Below, in pieces: positions 25,801 through 40,778 of a DNA stretch of 64,000 nucleotides (positions are counted from its first letter, which is position 1; the number at the start of each line of letters is the position of its first letter). The notes under the pieces are model-generated. The model ran no database searches, was not told where the DNA came from, and worked only from the letters and a program-made list of their open reading frames with translations. A program made the position numbers and the translations under genes. The stretch comes from Eledone cirrhosa (Eukaryota), in contig OZ024755.1 in assembly GCA_964016885.1 (NCBI GenBank), positions 41,726,001 through 41,790,000 on the forward strand, written 5' to 3'.

Positions 25801-28077
25801 GGATGTCTGTACTGTTTCTGGTCCCGCGTGAAGGGGGGTGTGGTATGGATGTCTGTACTGTTTCTGGTCCCGCGTGAAGGGGGTCTTGGTATGGATGTCT
25901 TTATTGTTTCTGGTCCCGCGTGACGGGGGATGTGGTATGAATGTCTGTACTGTTTCTGGTCCCGCGTGAAGGGGGGTGTGGTATGGATGTCTGTACTGTT
26001 TCTGGTCCCGCGTTAAGGGCGATGTGGTATGGATGTCTGTACTGTTTCTGGTCCCGCGTGAAGGGGGATGTGGTATGGATGTCTTTACTGTTTCTGGTCC
26101 CGCGTGAAGGGGGGTGTGGTATGGATGTCTGTACTGTTTCTGGTCCCGCGTTAAGGGGGATGTGGTATGGATGTCTGTACTGTTTCTGGTCCCGCGTGAA
26201 GGGGGATGTGGTATGGATGTCTGTATTGTTTCTGGTCCCGCGTGAAGGGGGATGTGGTATGGATGTCTGTACTGTTTCTGGTCCCGCGTGAAGGAGGATG
26301 TGGTATGGATGTCTGTACTGTTTCTGGTCCCGCGTGAAGGAGGATGTGGTATGGATGTCTGTATTGTTTCTGGTCCCGCGTGAAGGGGGTCTTGGTATGG
26401 ATGTCTTTATTGTTTCTGGTCCCGTGTGACGGGGGATGTGGTATGAATGTCTTTACTGTTTCTGGTCCCGCGTGAAGGGGGATGTGGTATGGATGTCTTT
26501 ACTGTTTCTGGTCCCGCGTGAAGAGGGGTGTGGTATGGATGTCTGTACTGTTTCTGGTCCCGCGTGAAGGGGGGTGTGGTATGGATGTCTGTACTGTTTC
26601 TGGTCCCGCGTTAAGGGGGATGTGGTATGGATGTCTGTACTGTTTCTGGTCCCGCGTGAAAGGGGATGTGGTATGGATGTCTGTACTGTTTCTGGTCCCG
26701 CGTGAAGGGGGATGTGGTATGGATGTCTGTACTGTTTCTGGTCCCGCGTGAAGGGGGATGTGGTATGGATGTCTGTATTGTTTCTGGTCCCGCGTGAAGG
26801 GGGATGTGGTATGGATGTCTTTATTGTTTCTGGTCCCGCGTGAAGGAGGATGTGGTATGGATGTCTGTATTGTTTCTGGTCCCGCGTGAAGGGGGATGTG
26901 GTATGGATGTCTTTATTGTTTCTGGTCCCGCGTGAAGGAGGATGTGGTATGGATGTCTTTACTGTTTCTGGTCCCGCGTGAAGAGGGGTGTGGTATGGAT
27001 GTCTGTACTGTTTCTGGTCCCGCGTGAAGGGGGGTGTGGTATGGATGTCTGTACTGTTTCTGGTCCCGCGTTAAGGGGGATGTGGTATGGATGTCTGTAC
27101 TGTTTCTGGTCCCGCGTGAAAGGGGATGTGGTATGGATGTCTGTACTGTTTCTGGTCCCGCGTGAAGGGGGATGTGGTATGGATGTCTGTACTGTTTCTG
27201 GTCCCGCGTGAAGGGGGATGTGGTATGGATGTCTGTATTGTTTCTGGTCCCGCGTGAAGGGGGATGTGGTATGGATGTCTTTATTGTTTCTGGTCCCGCG
27301 TGAAGGAGGATGTGGTATGGATGTCTGTACTGTTTCTGGTCCCGCGTGAAGGGGGATGTGGTATGGATGTCTGTACTGTTTCTGGTCCCGCGTGAAGGGG
27401 GATATGGTATGGATGTCTTTACTGTTTCTGGTCCCGCGTGAATGGGGATGTGGTATGGATGTCTGTACTGTTTCTGGTCCCGCGTGAAGGGGGGTGTGGT
27501 ATGGATGTCTTTACTGTTTCTGGTCCCGCGTGAAGGGGGATGTGGTATGCATGTCTGTACTGTTTCTGGTCCCGCGTGAAGGGGGATGTGGTATGGATGT
27601 CTTTACTGTTTCTGGTCCCGCGTGAAGGGGGATGTGGTATCGATGTCTGTATTGTTTCTGGTCCCGCGTGAAGGGGGATGTGGTATGGATGTCTTTACTG
27701 TTTCTGCTCCCGCGTGAAGGGGGATGTGGTATGGATGTCTGTACTGTTTCTGGTCCCGCGTGAAGGGGGATGTGGTATGGATGTCTGTACTGTTTCTGGT
27801 CCCGCGTGAAGGGGGATGTGGTATGGATGTCTTTACTGTTTCTGGTCCCGCGTGAAGGGGGATGTGGTATGGATGTCTGTACTGTTTCTGGTCCCGCGTG
27901 AAGGGGGATGTGGTATCGATGTCTGTATTGTTTCTGGTCCCGCGTGAAGGGGGATGTGGTATGGATGTCTGTACTGTTTCTGGTCCCGCGTGAAGGGGGA
28001 TGTGGTATCGATGTCTGTATTGTTTCTGGTCGCGCGTGAAGGGGGATGTGGTATGGATGTCTGTACTGTTTCTGGTC
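22880..28077. repeat. 46-bp satellite, ~113 copies
   Basis: Unit CTGGTCCCGCGTGAAGGGGGATGTGGTATGGATGTCT(G/T)TACTGTTT. Confidence 0.98.
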
Positions 28078-28111
28078 ATATTGCAGTGTTTTAGTGGTAT
28101 TATTTTCGAAA

Positions 28112-28333
28112 ATAATGGTGTCTGATTTAGGCACAAGGCCAGCAATTTTGGGGGAGGGGAAAGTCGATTAAATCGATCCCAGTGCATGACTGGTACTTTA
28201 TTTTATCGACTCCGTAAAGATGAAAGGCAAAGTTAACCTTGGCAGGATTTAAGTGCAAACCATAAAGGGCCGCAACTCTTTGCTGCTAAGCATCGCGTCC
28301 GACCCTCTACCGATGCTGCCAATCCAGCGCCCT
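28112..28333 (-). mobile_element. tRNA-head SINE
   Basis: Same head, core and GGCCTTGTGCC tail as 11438-11622. Confidence 0.85.
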
Positions 28334-28525
28334 CTGCCAATTGATAATTTAACTTTTCTTTTAATACTTTAATGGTTTCCTTCTTGAAATCTTTAAACTT
28401 GTGACGGTCGGAGTCAGACCTTCTAATTTTATTTAGATAATAAAGAACTTCACGCAGGATAACGTCATAATTCATATTAACGTAATACAATTTCTAAAAT
28501 TCTGAATTGCGAATTTGTGTGTGTT

Positions 28526-28556
<31 letters not shown>

Positions 28557-28696
28557 GTGTATGTATATGTGTCTGTGTATGTTGTGTGTGTGCGTGTGTA
28601 TGTGTGTGTTTGTGCGTGTGTATGTGTGTGTGTGTATGTGTGTGTGTGTGTGTTTGTGTGGTTTTGTGTGTGTGTGTGTGTGTGTGTTTGTGTGGT

Positions 28697-28749
<53 letters not shown>

Positions 28750-28861
28750 TATTTCTTAATCCCATCCACAAGATCAACATCTTCACCTTCAAAGTTGTAT
28801 CTCAATAATATTTCATTAAAACAATGTATACTAATGTGAGGTAAGACTCTCCAGCGGCAAC

Positions 28862-29135
28862 ATGGTGCAGTCTGCGACCAACTCAGTTTCTGCCGAACGT
28901 CGGGCTGAAGAGACCAAACTATCCAAGTACCGGTCGCTCTCCGACAGGTTTGCTGTCGTGCCCTTGGCAGTGGAGACCTCTGGTGTCCTTGGCCCTAGGG
29001 CTACCTCCCTACTCACCACCATAGGCGCTGAGCTGGCCAACCGCAGGTGTGAGCCTCGCGAGATGGAATGGTTCTTCCAGTGCATCTCTCTTACCCTCAT
29101 CCGGGGAAACGCCTTCTCTATTCTGTCCGCCGGGA
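28862..29135 (+). pseudogene. CRE-like non-LTR retrotransposon, restriction-like endonuclease C-terminus
   Basis: AEETKLSKY...VPLAVETSGVLG...FFQCISLTLIRGNA motif. Confidence 0.75.
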
Positions 29136-29946
29136 CCGTGGGGTGGCCAGCACATGGGACCCCATTTGCTCACCATACAGAGAGATGGGAAGGGCGAGAG
29201 AGATGGAGGCGAAGACAGAGGGAGTTCCGCTCTTCCACGTTCGGACCATATCCGTGTGGTTGTGTTCATTACCCATAGAGTTTAAACAAATATAATTATC
29301 TTTTCTTACTCCACATCTCATGTTGACCAGCAGCCCCAACAGAACCACTGTCATTGGTTGTGGCTGCAGAGGGAGCACTAAAGTGTAGCTATGTATTTTG
29401 TTTTACTAACTCTATCAACGATAATAGAACATTTAACGACTAATATTAATGTGAAAGGTATCACCATATCTCATAATACTACCTCAGCTTATCAGGTCTT
29501 CTTTCTTTAACTCTAGATTGTAGTGTTTATCTTAAACCATCGTTACACGTGCATTGAAATACATTCCAGGTGGAATTAGTTACATTTACCGCCCGACACC
29601 ACCCCGTCTTAAAATAAAGATCCCTGTAATAAGTAAATAGCAATAAACAACAACAACAACAACAACATCAGTAACTACAACAACCGCAACAACAAGAACT
29701 ACAACAGTAAGACGTATTTTATCCTATTTGCTGATAAAGAAATCAATCATCACACTTCATTAATGTATATACTAATACATATACATATATATACACATAC
29801 ATATATATACACATACATACACATACATACACACACACACACACACATATGTATATATATATATATATACATGTACATACATATATATATATGTGTGTAT
29901 ATACATATATATATGTGTGTGTGTGTATATATATATATACACATAT

Positions 29947-29980
<34 letters not shown>

Positions 29981-30071
29981 ACATATATACATATATATAT
30001 GTATACATATATATGTATACATATATATGTATGTATATATATATATATATACATATATACATATATATATG

Positions 30072-30122
<51 letters not shown>

Positions 30123-30182
30123 TATATATATATATATATATATTATATATGTATACATATATACGTATATATATATATATAT

Positions 30183-30240
<58 letters not shown>

Positions 30241-30374
30241 TGTTAAGTTGTTTTTCAATATCCTATTTGTCTTATGTCCAGCTGCCTCCATTACTCATAT
30301 CTACGCTGGTGACGGAGTTACTGATTCAAGTAGACATTTGCATGCAAAGGGAATTAAAAGATATAGTCGTCATC

Positions 30375-32752
30375 AGCACCGCCACCACCACCATCACCAC
30401 CACCATCACCATCATCAACAACATCACCACCATCACCACCATCACCACCACCATCACCATCATCAACAACATCACCACCATCACCACCATCACCACCACC
30501 ATCACCATCATCAACAACATCACCACTATCACCACCATCACCACCACCATCACCATCATCAACAACATCACCACCATCACCACCGCCACCACCACCATCA
30601 CCATCATCAACAACATCACCACCATCACCACCATCACCACCACCATCACCATCATCAACAACATCACCACTATCACCACCATCACCACCACCATCACCAT
30701 CATCAACAACATCACCACTATCACCACCATCACCACCACCATCACCATCATCAACAACATCACCACCATCACCACCATCACCACCACCATCACCATCATC
30801 AACAACATCACCACTATCACCACCATCACCACCACCATCACCATCATCAACAACATCACCACCATCACCACCATCACCACCACCACCACCATCATCAACA
30901 ACATCACCACCATCACCACCATCACCACCACCACCACCATCATCAACAACATCACCACTATCACCACCATCACCACCACCATCACCATCATCAACAACAT
31001 CACCACCATCACCACCATCACCACCACCATCACCATCATCAACAACATCACCACTATCACCACCATCACCACCACCATCACCATCATCAACAACATCACC
31101 ACCATCACCACCATCACCACCACCATCACCATCATCAACAACATCACCACTATCACCACCATCACCACCACCATCACCATCATCAACAACATCACCACCA
31201 TCACCACCATCACCACCACCATCACCATCATCAACAACATCACCACTATCACCACCATCACCACCACCATCACCATCATCAACAACATCACCACTATCAC
31301 CACCATCACCACCACCATCACCATCATCAACAACATCACCACTATCACCACCATCACCACCACCATCACCATCATCAACAACATCACCACCATCACCACC
31401 ATCACCACCACCATCACCATCATCAACAACATCACCACTATCACCACCATCACCACCACCATCACCATCATCAACAACATCACCACTATCACCACCATCA
31501 CCACCACCATCACCATCATCAACAACATCACCACTATCACCACCATCACCACCACCATCACCATCATCAACAACATCACCACTATCACCACCATCACCAC
31601 CTCCATCACCATCATCAACAACATCACCACTATCACCACCATCACCACCACCATCACCATCATCAACAACATCACCACCATCACCACCATCACCACCACC
31701 ATCACCATCATCAACAACATCACCACTATCACCACCATCACCACCACCATCACCATCATCAACAACATCACCACTATCACCACCATCACCACCACCATCA
31801 CCATCATCAACAACATCACCACCATCACCACCATCACCACCACCATCACCATCATCAACAACATCACCACTATCACCACCATCACCACCACCATCACCAT
31901 CATCAACAACATCACCACTATCACCACCATCACCACCACCATCACCATCATCAACAACATCACCACCATCACCACCATCACCACCACCATCACCATCATC
32001 AACAACATCACCACCATCACCACCATCACCACCACCATCACCATCATCAACAACATCACCACTATCACCACCATCACCACCACCATCACCATCATCAACA
32101 ACATCACCACCATCACCACCATCACCACCACCATCACCATCATCAACAACATCACCACTATCACCACCATCACCACCACCATCACCATCATCAACAACAT
32201 CACCACCATCACCACCATCACCACCACCATCACCATCATCAACAACATCACCACTATCACCACCATCACCACCACCATCACCATCATCAACAACATCACC
32301 ACCATCACCACCATCACCACCACCATCACCATCATCAACAACATCACCACTATCACCACCATCACCACCACCATCACCATCATCAACAACATCACCACTA
32401 TCACCACCATCACCACCACCATCACCATCATCAACAACATCACCACCATCACCACCATCACCACCACCATCACCATCATCAACAACATCACCACCATCAC
32501 CACCATCACCACCACCATCACCATCATCAACAACATCACCACTATCACCACCATCACCACCACCATCACCATCATCAACAACATCACCACCATCACCACC
32601 ATCACCACCACCATCACCATCATCAACAACATCACCACTATCACCACCATCACCACCACCATCACCATCATCAACAACATCACCACCATCACCACCATCA
32701 CCACCACCATCACCATCATCAACAACATCACCACTATCACCACCATCACCAC
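30375..32752. repeat. 48-bp tandem repeat built from ACC/ATC/AAC triplets, ~49 copies
   Basis: 16-codon periodicity with one C/T variable site. Confidence 0.95.
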
Positions 32753-33300
32753 CATCATCATCATCATCATCATCAATACCGCTATCATCACCATCAACAA
32801 AAACATCACCACTATCACCCCACAATCACCACCACCATCACTATCGCTATCATCACCACCAACACCGCCATCACCATCATCATCACTACCGCTATCATTA
32901 CCATCACCACCACCACCACCACTACCAATATCATCAACATCACCACTATCACCTCACCATCTCCACCACCAACAACACCACCACCAACAACACCACCACC
33001 ACCAACAACAACACCAACACCACCACCACCAACAACAACAACACCACCACCAACAACACCACCACCACCAACAACAACACCAACACCACCACCACCAACA
33101 ACAACACCACCACCAACAACACCACCACCAACAACAACAACAACACCACCGCCACCAACAACAACAACAACAACAACAACACCACCACCAACAACAGCAC
33201 CACCACCACCAACAACAACACCACCACCAACAACAACAACACCATCGCCACCACCAACAACAACACCAGCACCACCAACAACACCACCACCGCCACCACC

Positions 33301-33331
<31 letters not shown>

Positions 33332-33372
33332 CCACCACCACCAACAACAACACCACAAACAACACCACCACC

Positions 33373-33403
<31 letters not shown>

Positions 33404-33962
33404 CCACCACCAACAACAACACCACCAACAACACCACCACCACCAACAACAACACCAACACCACTACCACCACCACCAACAACAACAACTCCACCAACAT
33501 CACCACCACCACCACCAACAACACCACCACCACCACCACCACCAACAACCAACAACACCACCACCACCAACAACAACACCACCACCAACAACACCACCAC
33601 CACCACCACCACCACCACCAACCAACAACACCACCACCACCAACAACAACACCACCACCAACAACAACAACACCGCCACCAACAACACCACCACCACCAC
33701 CACCAACCAACAACACCACCACCACCAACAACAACACCACCACCAACAACAACAACACCACCACCACCACCAACAAAAACAACAACACCACCACCAACAA
33801 CAACAACAATACCAACACCACCGCCACCACCAACAATAACAACACCACCAACAACAACAACACGACCGCCACCACCAACAATAACAACACCACCAACAAC
33901 AACACCACTACCACCACCAACAACAACAACAACAACAACAATACCAACATCACCACCCCTCC

Positions 33963-33994
<32 letters not shown>

Positions 33995-34087
33995 CACCAC
34001 CACCAACAACAACACCACCACCACCACCAACAACACCACCACCACCAACAACAACAACAACAACAATACCAACATCACCACCCCTCC

Positions 34088-34119
<32 letters not shown>

Positions 34120-34201
34120 CACCACCACCAACAACAACACCACCACCACCACCAACAACACCACCACCACCAACAACAACAACAACAACAACAATACCAA
34201 C

Positions 34202-34233
<32 letters not shown>

Positions 34234-35114
34234 CAACACCACCACCACCAACAACAACAACACCACCACCACCAACAACAACAACACCACCACCAACAAC
34301 AACAACACCACCACCACCACCAACAACAACAACACCATCACCACCAACAACAACACCACCGCCACCAACAACACCACCACCACCAACAACACCACCACTA
34401 ACAACAACACCACCACCACCACCACCACCACCACCAACAACAACACCACCACCACCACCAACAACAACAACACCACCAACAACAACACCACCAACAACAA
34501 CACCTCCAACACCACCACCACCACCACCAACAACACCACCACCACCAACAACAACAACACCACCACCACCACCAACACAACACCACCAACAACAACACCA
34601 CCAACAACAACACCACCAACAACAACACCACCAACAACAACACCACCACCAACAACAACAACAACACCACCACCAACAACAACACCACCACCACCAACAA
34701 CAACACCACCACCACCAACAACAACACCACCAACAACACCACCAACAACACCACCACCACCAACAACAACACCACCACCACCACCAACAACAACAACACC
34801 ACCACCAACAACACCACCACCACCAACAACAACCCCACCAACACCACCGCCACCAACAACACCACCACCACCAACAACAACACCACCACCACCACCAACA
34901 ACAACGACACCACCACCAACAACACCACCACCACCAACAACAACACCACCACCACCACCGCCACCAACAACACCACCACCAACAACAACAACAACACCAC
35001 CACCACCACCAACACAACACCACCAACAACAATACCACCAACAACAACACCACCACCAACAACAACAACAACACCACCACCAACAACAACACCACCACCA
35101 CCACCAACAACAAC

Positions 35115-35146
<32 letters not shown>

Positions 35147-35701
35147 CAACAACACCAACAACAACACCACCACCACCAACAACAACAACAACACCACCAC
35201 CACCAACAACAACACCACCAACAACAACACCACCAACAACAACACCTCCAACAACACCACCACCACCACCACCAACAACAACACCACCTCCAACAACACC
35301 ACCAACAACAACAACACCACCACCACCAACAACAACAACACCACCACCACCAACAACAACAACACCACCACCAACAACAACACCACCACCACCAACAACA
35401 ACACCACCACCACCAACAACAACAACAACACCACCACCACCAACAACAACACCAACAACAACACCACCACCACCAACAACACCACCACCAACAACACCAC
35501 CAACAACACCACCACCAACAACACCACCACCACCACCAACAACAACTCCACGAACATCAACACCCCCACCCCCACCACCACCCCACCAACAACACCACCA
35601 CCACCACCACCAACAACAACAATAACACCACCAACAACAACAACAACAACTCCACCACCATCACCACCAACAACAACAACAACGACAACAACAACAACAA
35701 C
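32753..35701. repeat. Irregular (CAC)n/(CAA)n trinucleotide field
   Basis: Direct inspection. Confidence 0.95.
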
Positions 35702-35762
35702 CCAGGGCAGCGAGAGGAGACCGGAACTGCAGCACGTGGTGATGGTGGTAGAGATGATATAA

Positions 35763-36702
35763 TCTATATATATAAAAACTGTGGTTGTCTGTCTGTCTAT
35801 CGATTTTTGGCACACATCTCCTCTTAGAATCTCTCACGGAATTGCACCGAAGTTGCTATACTTGTACATTGAGCCCTAGCGAAGACATCGGAAAAAAAAA
35901 ATTTCAAATTGACCCACCCTATATGACGAAATCGAATACAATGTATCGATTTTTGAGCGTAAGTGATCAGTTATTTCCCTTTGTTCTGTTTACATTGAGC
36001 GTCTTACGTAAAAAATTACGCTGGCTTTCTCAGCGTTTAAAATACAATACACGAACAGTTGTCGAGCCAGCAAAATATTGACCTGCAAAATTCATCAGTT
36101 CGAACACTAAGCTTCCGTTTTGCTTCATTTCCATTTAAAAGCATTTTAAAACAATATTTTTACTTGAAAACAAGTCTATTTAAAGACTACGTAAAACAAG
36201 CAAATATTTCGTCGTTAGGCGTGCAGACAGACAGTCGTGCAGACAGACAGTCGTGCAGAGAGGTGATATACGCGTGCAGACAGACAGTCGTGCAGAGAGG
36301 TGATATAGGCGTGCAGACAGACAGTCGTGCAGAGAGGTGATATAGGCGTGCAGACAGACAGTCGTGCAGAGAGGTGATATAGGCGTGCAGACAGACATAA
36401 CTGATAATTTGGTTACGCTAATGTTTTTCTCTGCGTTGCAGTGTTTACATTTTCGATCTTTGTTAATAAATAACCAGTGCAGTTTCTATCCCCAGCATCC
36501 TCTTTTGTTATAACATTCGGGTTATCGTTATGTTTTCTTAACTTCATAAGGCATATTGTTGGTTGAGGGAATATTAATCAAAAACACCACATGCAAGTCT
36601 GCACAGTAGACACTACAGTTTTTAAGCCAAGAAAGAAACTTAACATTGTAACTTTAACACAGCTACTGAGCGACCCCGAGCAACGCCGGGCTTTACTGCT
36701 AG
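35763..36702 (+). mobile_element. Non-autonomous Helitron-like element
   Basis: A|TC 5' start followed by (GTCT)n; 3' hairpin CCCGagcaacgcCGGG then CTAG|T; no TSD. Internal 37-bp repeat at 36216-36396. Confidence 0.7.
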
Positions 36703-37159
36703 TATTATATATAATTATAGTTGTTTCTACTTTTGGCACAAGGCCAGCAATTATCCCAGCGTATTACTGGGTGAAAACCAACAAATTTTTAATTTAAACC
36801 TTTCATTACCATATTTCTGTTTCAATTAATTTTGAGAATGATAAAATATCTGAAAGGATTTAGTAAAATATGCCATTATTATTATGCCATTATTATTATG
36901 CCATTAAAATGCCATTATTATTATGAAGTTGGTTATTGGAACACTACTTAATAAAGGTTTCTTATAGAGTATATCATGGAAATACAGTTTAATAGAAAGG
37001 GAAAAATGAAAATTTAGATTGAGAAGAAAGATGTAAAATAGGAAAATATGAAGAAAAAAGAAGAAAAAACTGGAAAACGGAGGAAATGGTAAGGACTCTA
37101 GTGTCACAGAAGAATGGGGTGGGAGAAGCGAGGGTGATTGGGTCCTAGGCCTAGGGCGT

Positions 37160-37627
37160 GGAGGTAAAGGGTTGCGCCCCACGGACAAGACTGCAAAAGC
37201 ATCCCCGCGGACAATGGCCAGCGACACCCGCTGCAACAGCCACCCCACTGGCGGGGTTCCTTCCTCACACGGGTCCCCAACGTTCCGATCTTGCGGAGGA
37301 GCTAGACCAGGCATGGGCAACCTTTTTCGAGAAGCAGGCCGCATGAGATATGGCTCATCATCGGGCGGGCCGCAAGCGCTAATTTATATTCGTGCCCACA
37401 TTAAAAACGGGCGGTAACTCATGTTGTTTTGATCTGTTTCTTCAGAATTCGTACACGTTTTCCTCGATCGTAAAAATGATAGAAAGATTTCATGACTGAA
37501 AAGTTGGGGTAAAAAAAATCAGAAAGATTTCATGTAGGTGACATAGGCGAGCCATTGAGAAAGGTTCACGGGCCGCAGGTTGCCCATGACTGAGCTAGAC
37601 AGTACGGGGTCTCGACAGCGACCATTG
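37160..37627 (-). pseudogene. CRE-like endonuclease C-terminal fragment interrupted by a MITE
   Basis: VAVET ... LLQRVSLAIVRGDA motifs lie on either side of the insertion. Confidence 0.65.
37308..37592. mobile_element. hAT (Charlie-like) MITE
   Basis: TIRs CAGGCATGGGCAACCT / AGGTTGCCCATGACTG; exact 8-bp TSD AGCTAGAC at 37300 and 37593. Confidence 0.9.
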
Positions 37628-38399
37628 CGATATATAATTATATTGGAACGTTTAAATTTTTAACGAATGATGAGCGCCGAGATGTTAAAATATAGCTTAT
37701 AAAATAGAATGAAGACCCTTAAAAGACGGAAAAAGAAGTGGCCATCATTCTTCATATTAACTTGTTCGATGCATAAGTAGTTCGGGAGATTAGCTACGAA
37801 TATTCTTCGTTGAAATTTAAATATGGACATTATTAATTTAGCGGTTTTGTATAGTAAATCTGAATCTATGTGCATACAGCACAGAATGAATCATAATTAA
37901 TTGGGTGATGTCTAAAAATATCTGACTTACAAAAGCAGATATGATTTTATGCCTGGCCAGAAAACAAAATAAATGGTTTATAATTAACCGAAGTTGATCA
38001 AGCAGAGATAATAACCACATAATATCCTTATTTTATTACTCATCACAGTCATAGTTTCATCACATTGTTTGTCATTAGCTCTTAATCCGTAATATTCACC
38101 TAATTACGACGTTCATAATTACCTTCTTATTATAACTTCTCGCTTTTTTTTTTATCTATCTATCTATCTATCTGACGCGTGGAACATCGCCGGTAAGCTT
38201 TTTTGTAAATTTCTATACAAAAAACTGAACAAATTGTTTGAAAAACATATCATTTTGTAGATTAACCCCCAAGCTGAATTGTCAGCTGGGTGGTAATCCC
38301 ATTTTTCGCCCCTTTAGGGGCGAAAATTTAATTAAAAAATTGTTTTAAAAAATCAAATTTTGCCAACTATAAAACATGAATAACTCGGAAAGAACGCCG

Positions 38400-40550
38400 A
38401 AGGAAGAACGTTAAGAGAGAGAAGAGAGGTAGTAAGGCAGATATTAACGTTATATCTGTTTCTGCCACTATGGACGTCGCCATGGATACGACTGTCAACA
38501 AAGAGAAAAAAATAATATTACCACTTGAAGATTTTAAAATGTCTACCGTCGAAGCGGAGAAAAATAACACACGGGAAAACAGGAATTAAACCTATTAATA
38601 CACATGAAAAAGACAACAACAACAACTCCATAGATACATCTACACATAAAGTTTCACCTCGTCAAGAAATTGCGATTTCCGACACCGAGGCTGACAACAA
38701 CAACAGCAACAACAACAACAACAACAACAACACCACCACAAAAATGTCTTTCGCTGAAACAGTGAACAAAAAACAAGATTTTATAAATCTTGACATTTCC
38801 AATGCAAGAGATATGCTCCAGCAAGGAAAAAAATGTGTAACTTTCGAAGACAAGGGTGGGTTTAGAATCAACTCACCCCTCGAAATAAAAGAAGAGACGG
38901 TTCGCAGGACAGTGACCTTCAGGATTGTCTCAAACACAACGAGAAAGCCAATATTTGTGAGTCAAGGAGACATAGAAGCCACCTTGAAGGAGACTCTAGA
39001 AAATATTGACTTTCTTCAACGAGGAAAACAGTACGGAAGTATTTCCGTACTGTTTAAAAGCGAGGCACTCGCCCAAAAACATTTTGTGACACCAATGGTG
39101 TCAAAAGCATTCATCTTTTTCCCTACGTACATGGGAAAAAGGACATAAAAAATAAAAAAATAAAAAATATACCACCAAACATTAACATCTGGTGGATCTT
39201 GGCTGGCTTCGTGGAGCCAGAGACTGATGCCATTCTTTCGATACGAAAGTCTATTAGACAAAGGTGGGCTGATACTGATTTGGAGATTCTGATGCAGATG
39301 AGGCCGGAGAGAATCTCCAAAATACCCGAAAAAGTCGTCATCGACGACAACAACAACATAAACATTTCGGTGGAGGGGCGTAAATTTCATTGCTTTCGCT
39401 GTGGTAGCACAACACACCTAAAGGCCTCCTGCCCTTTACAAACACGATCAACCAAAACAATACAAAAAAAGCACTGTTTCCAACACCAACACCAACACCG
39501 AAACAACCACCACAACAACAACAACTCACGAAACAAGCAAACACACCAAAACAAACAGCCACTCAACCAACAACAGAAAAAACACAGACAACACCCCTGA
39601 AGAACACAGCTCCACCCCATCCCACTCCATCAAACACTACCACAAACACACACACCAAAACACCACCACCACACAACATACTTCTGACGATGATTATTCA
39701 GCAACAGATGAGGCTGCTTCCCCTTCTTTAAGTGATGAAGAAGGAGAGCCTTGGAAATCTAAAAAACACAAAAAGAGACACCACAAAACCCCCAAAACTC
39801 CAATCACCAACACCAACACACAAACACAGACACAAACAACACCACAGTCAAACATCCCCCTACCAGCAAAACCAACACCAACACAACCCCAAACACAAGA
39901 ACCCGCCATAAAAAGAAAACTCCCGGACGAACAACAAACTAAAACAACACAACAAAAACACAAACAACAGTACGCATACATCAACACAAACAACAAGAGT
40001 TTGATGGAGGTCATCGCCCAAAATCCCAAGGTGGAGACGGAGGGCAAAACTTTCGTCAAAGCAGAATCGTCTCCACACCTTAAACTTATAAGGGTTTCTA
40101 TGGAGACCTATAGTGACCTGAAAAATAAATTTTCGCAGGACTTGGGCAACCCCTGCCAGAAACCCATCAACCGCGTCCTGTTAAAATGTTTCCCCACCCC
40201 ACCCAACACCTCCTCCAGCACCCAAATGGAGATTGAACAACCCGATCTCCAGGAAACGAAAAGGAAAGTGCACCTTTTCATCCTTTTTCTCCAACTCTTC
40301 TTCACCAACATGGCTAGTTTACGAGTTGGAAGCGTGAATGTGCGTGGCCTAGGGATGCCCTGGAAATAGGGCCAACTTTTAAATGAGCTTAGGTCACACG
40401 GTATGGATGTGATAGCCATCACCGAGTCCAGGATTCACAACAGGCAGCAACTAACCCCCATCTTCGACGACTTTGAGATCTACGCATCTCTCTGTCAGCC
40501 AGGAGGTGGAGGTGGAGTGGCTGTCATGTTTCGGAAGAACCTGGGCTTTA
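38400..40550 (+). mobile_element. L1/Tx1-like LINE, 5' part (broken ORF1 plus start of ORF2)
   Basis: Zinc knuckle CFRCGSTTHLKASC. APE start MASLRVGSVNVRGL (ATG 40310), DVIAITES, GGGVAV. Frameshifts and a stop at 40367. Confidence 0.8.
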
Positions 40551-40743
40551 ATTTTTCTGATTTTTTCCAATTTATCCAATATCTCTGAAGAAGTGACAAC
40601 TGATTATACATTTGCTATCGAATACTTGCTAACATTATATGATTACGCAAGCACCGATACATAGGTATTCCGTCTGTTACAGAAACATATGTCAATACCT
40701 AATAAATTCCTTTATAAAAGCACTTTCATTTTATATTCATCTT

Positions 40744-40777
<34 letters not shown>

Positions 40778-40778
<1 letters not shown>

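Noticed and set aside
29763-35827. 1358-aa and 1992-aa His/Gln/Thr/Pro-rich ORFs
   Set aside because: They begin in dinucleotide microsatellite and are open only because the repeats lack stops.
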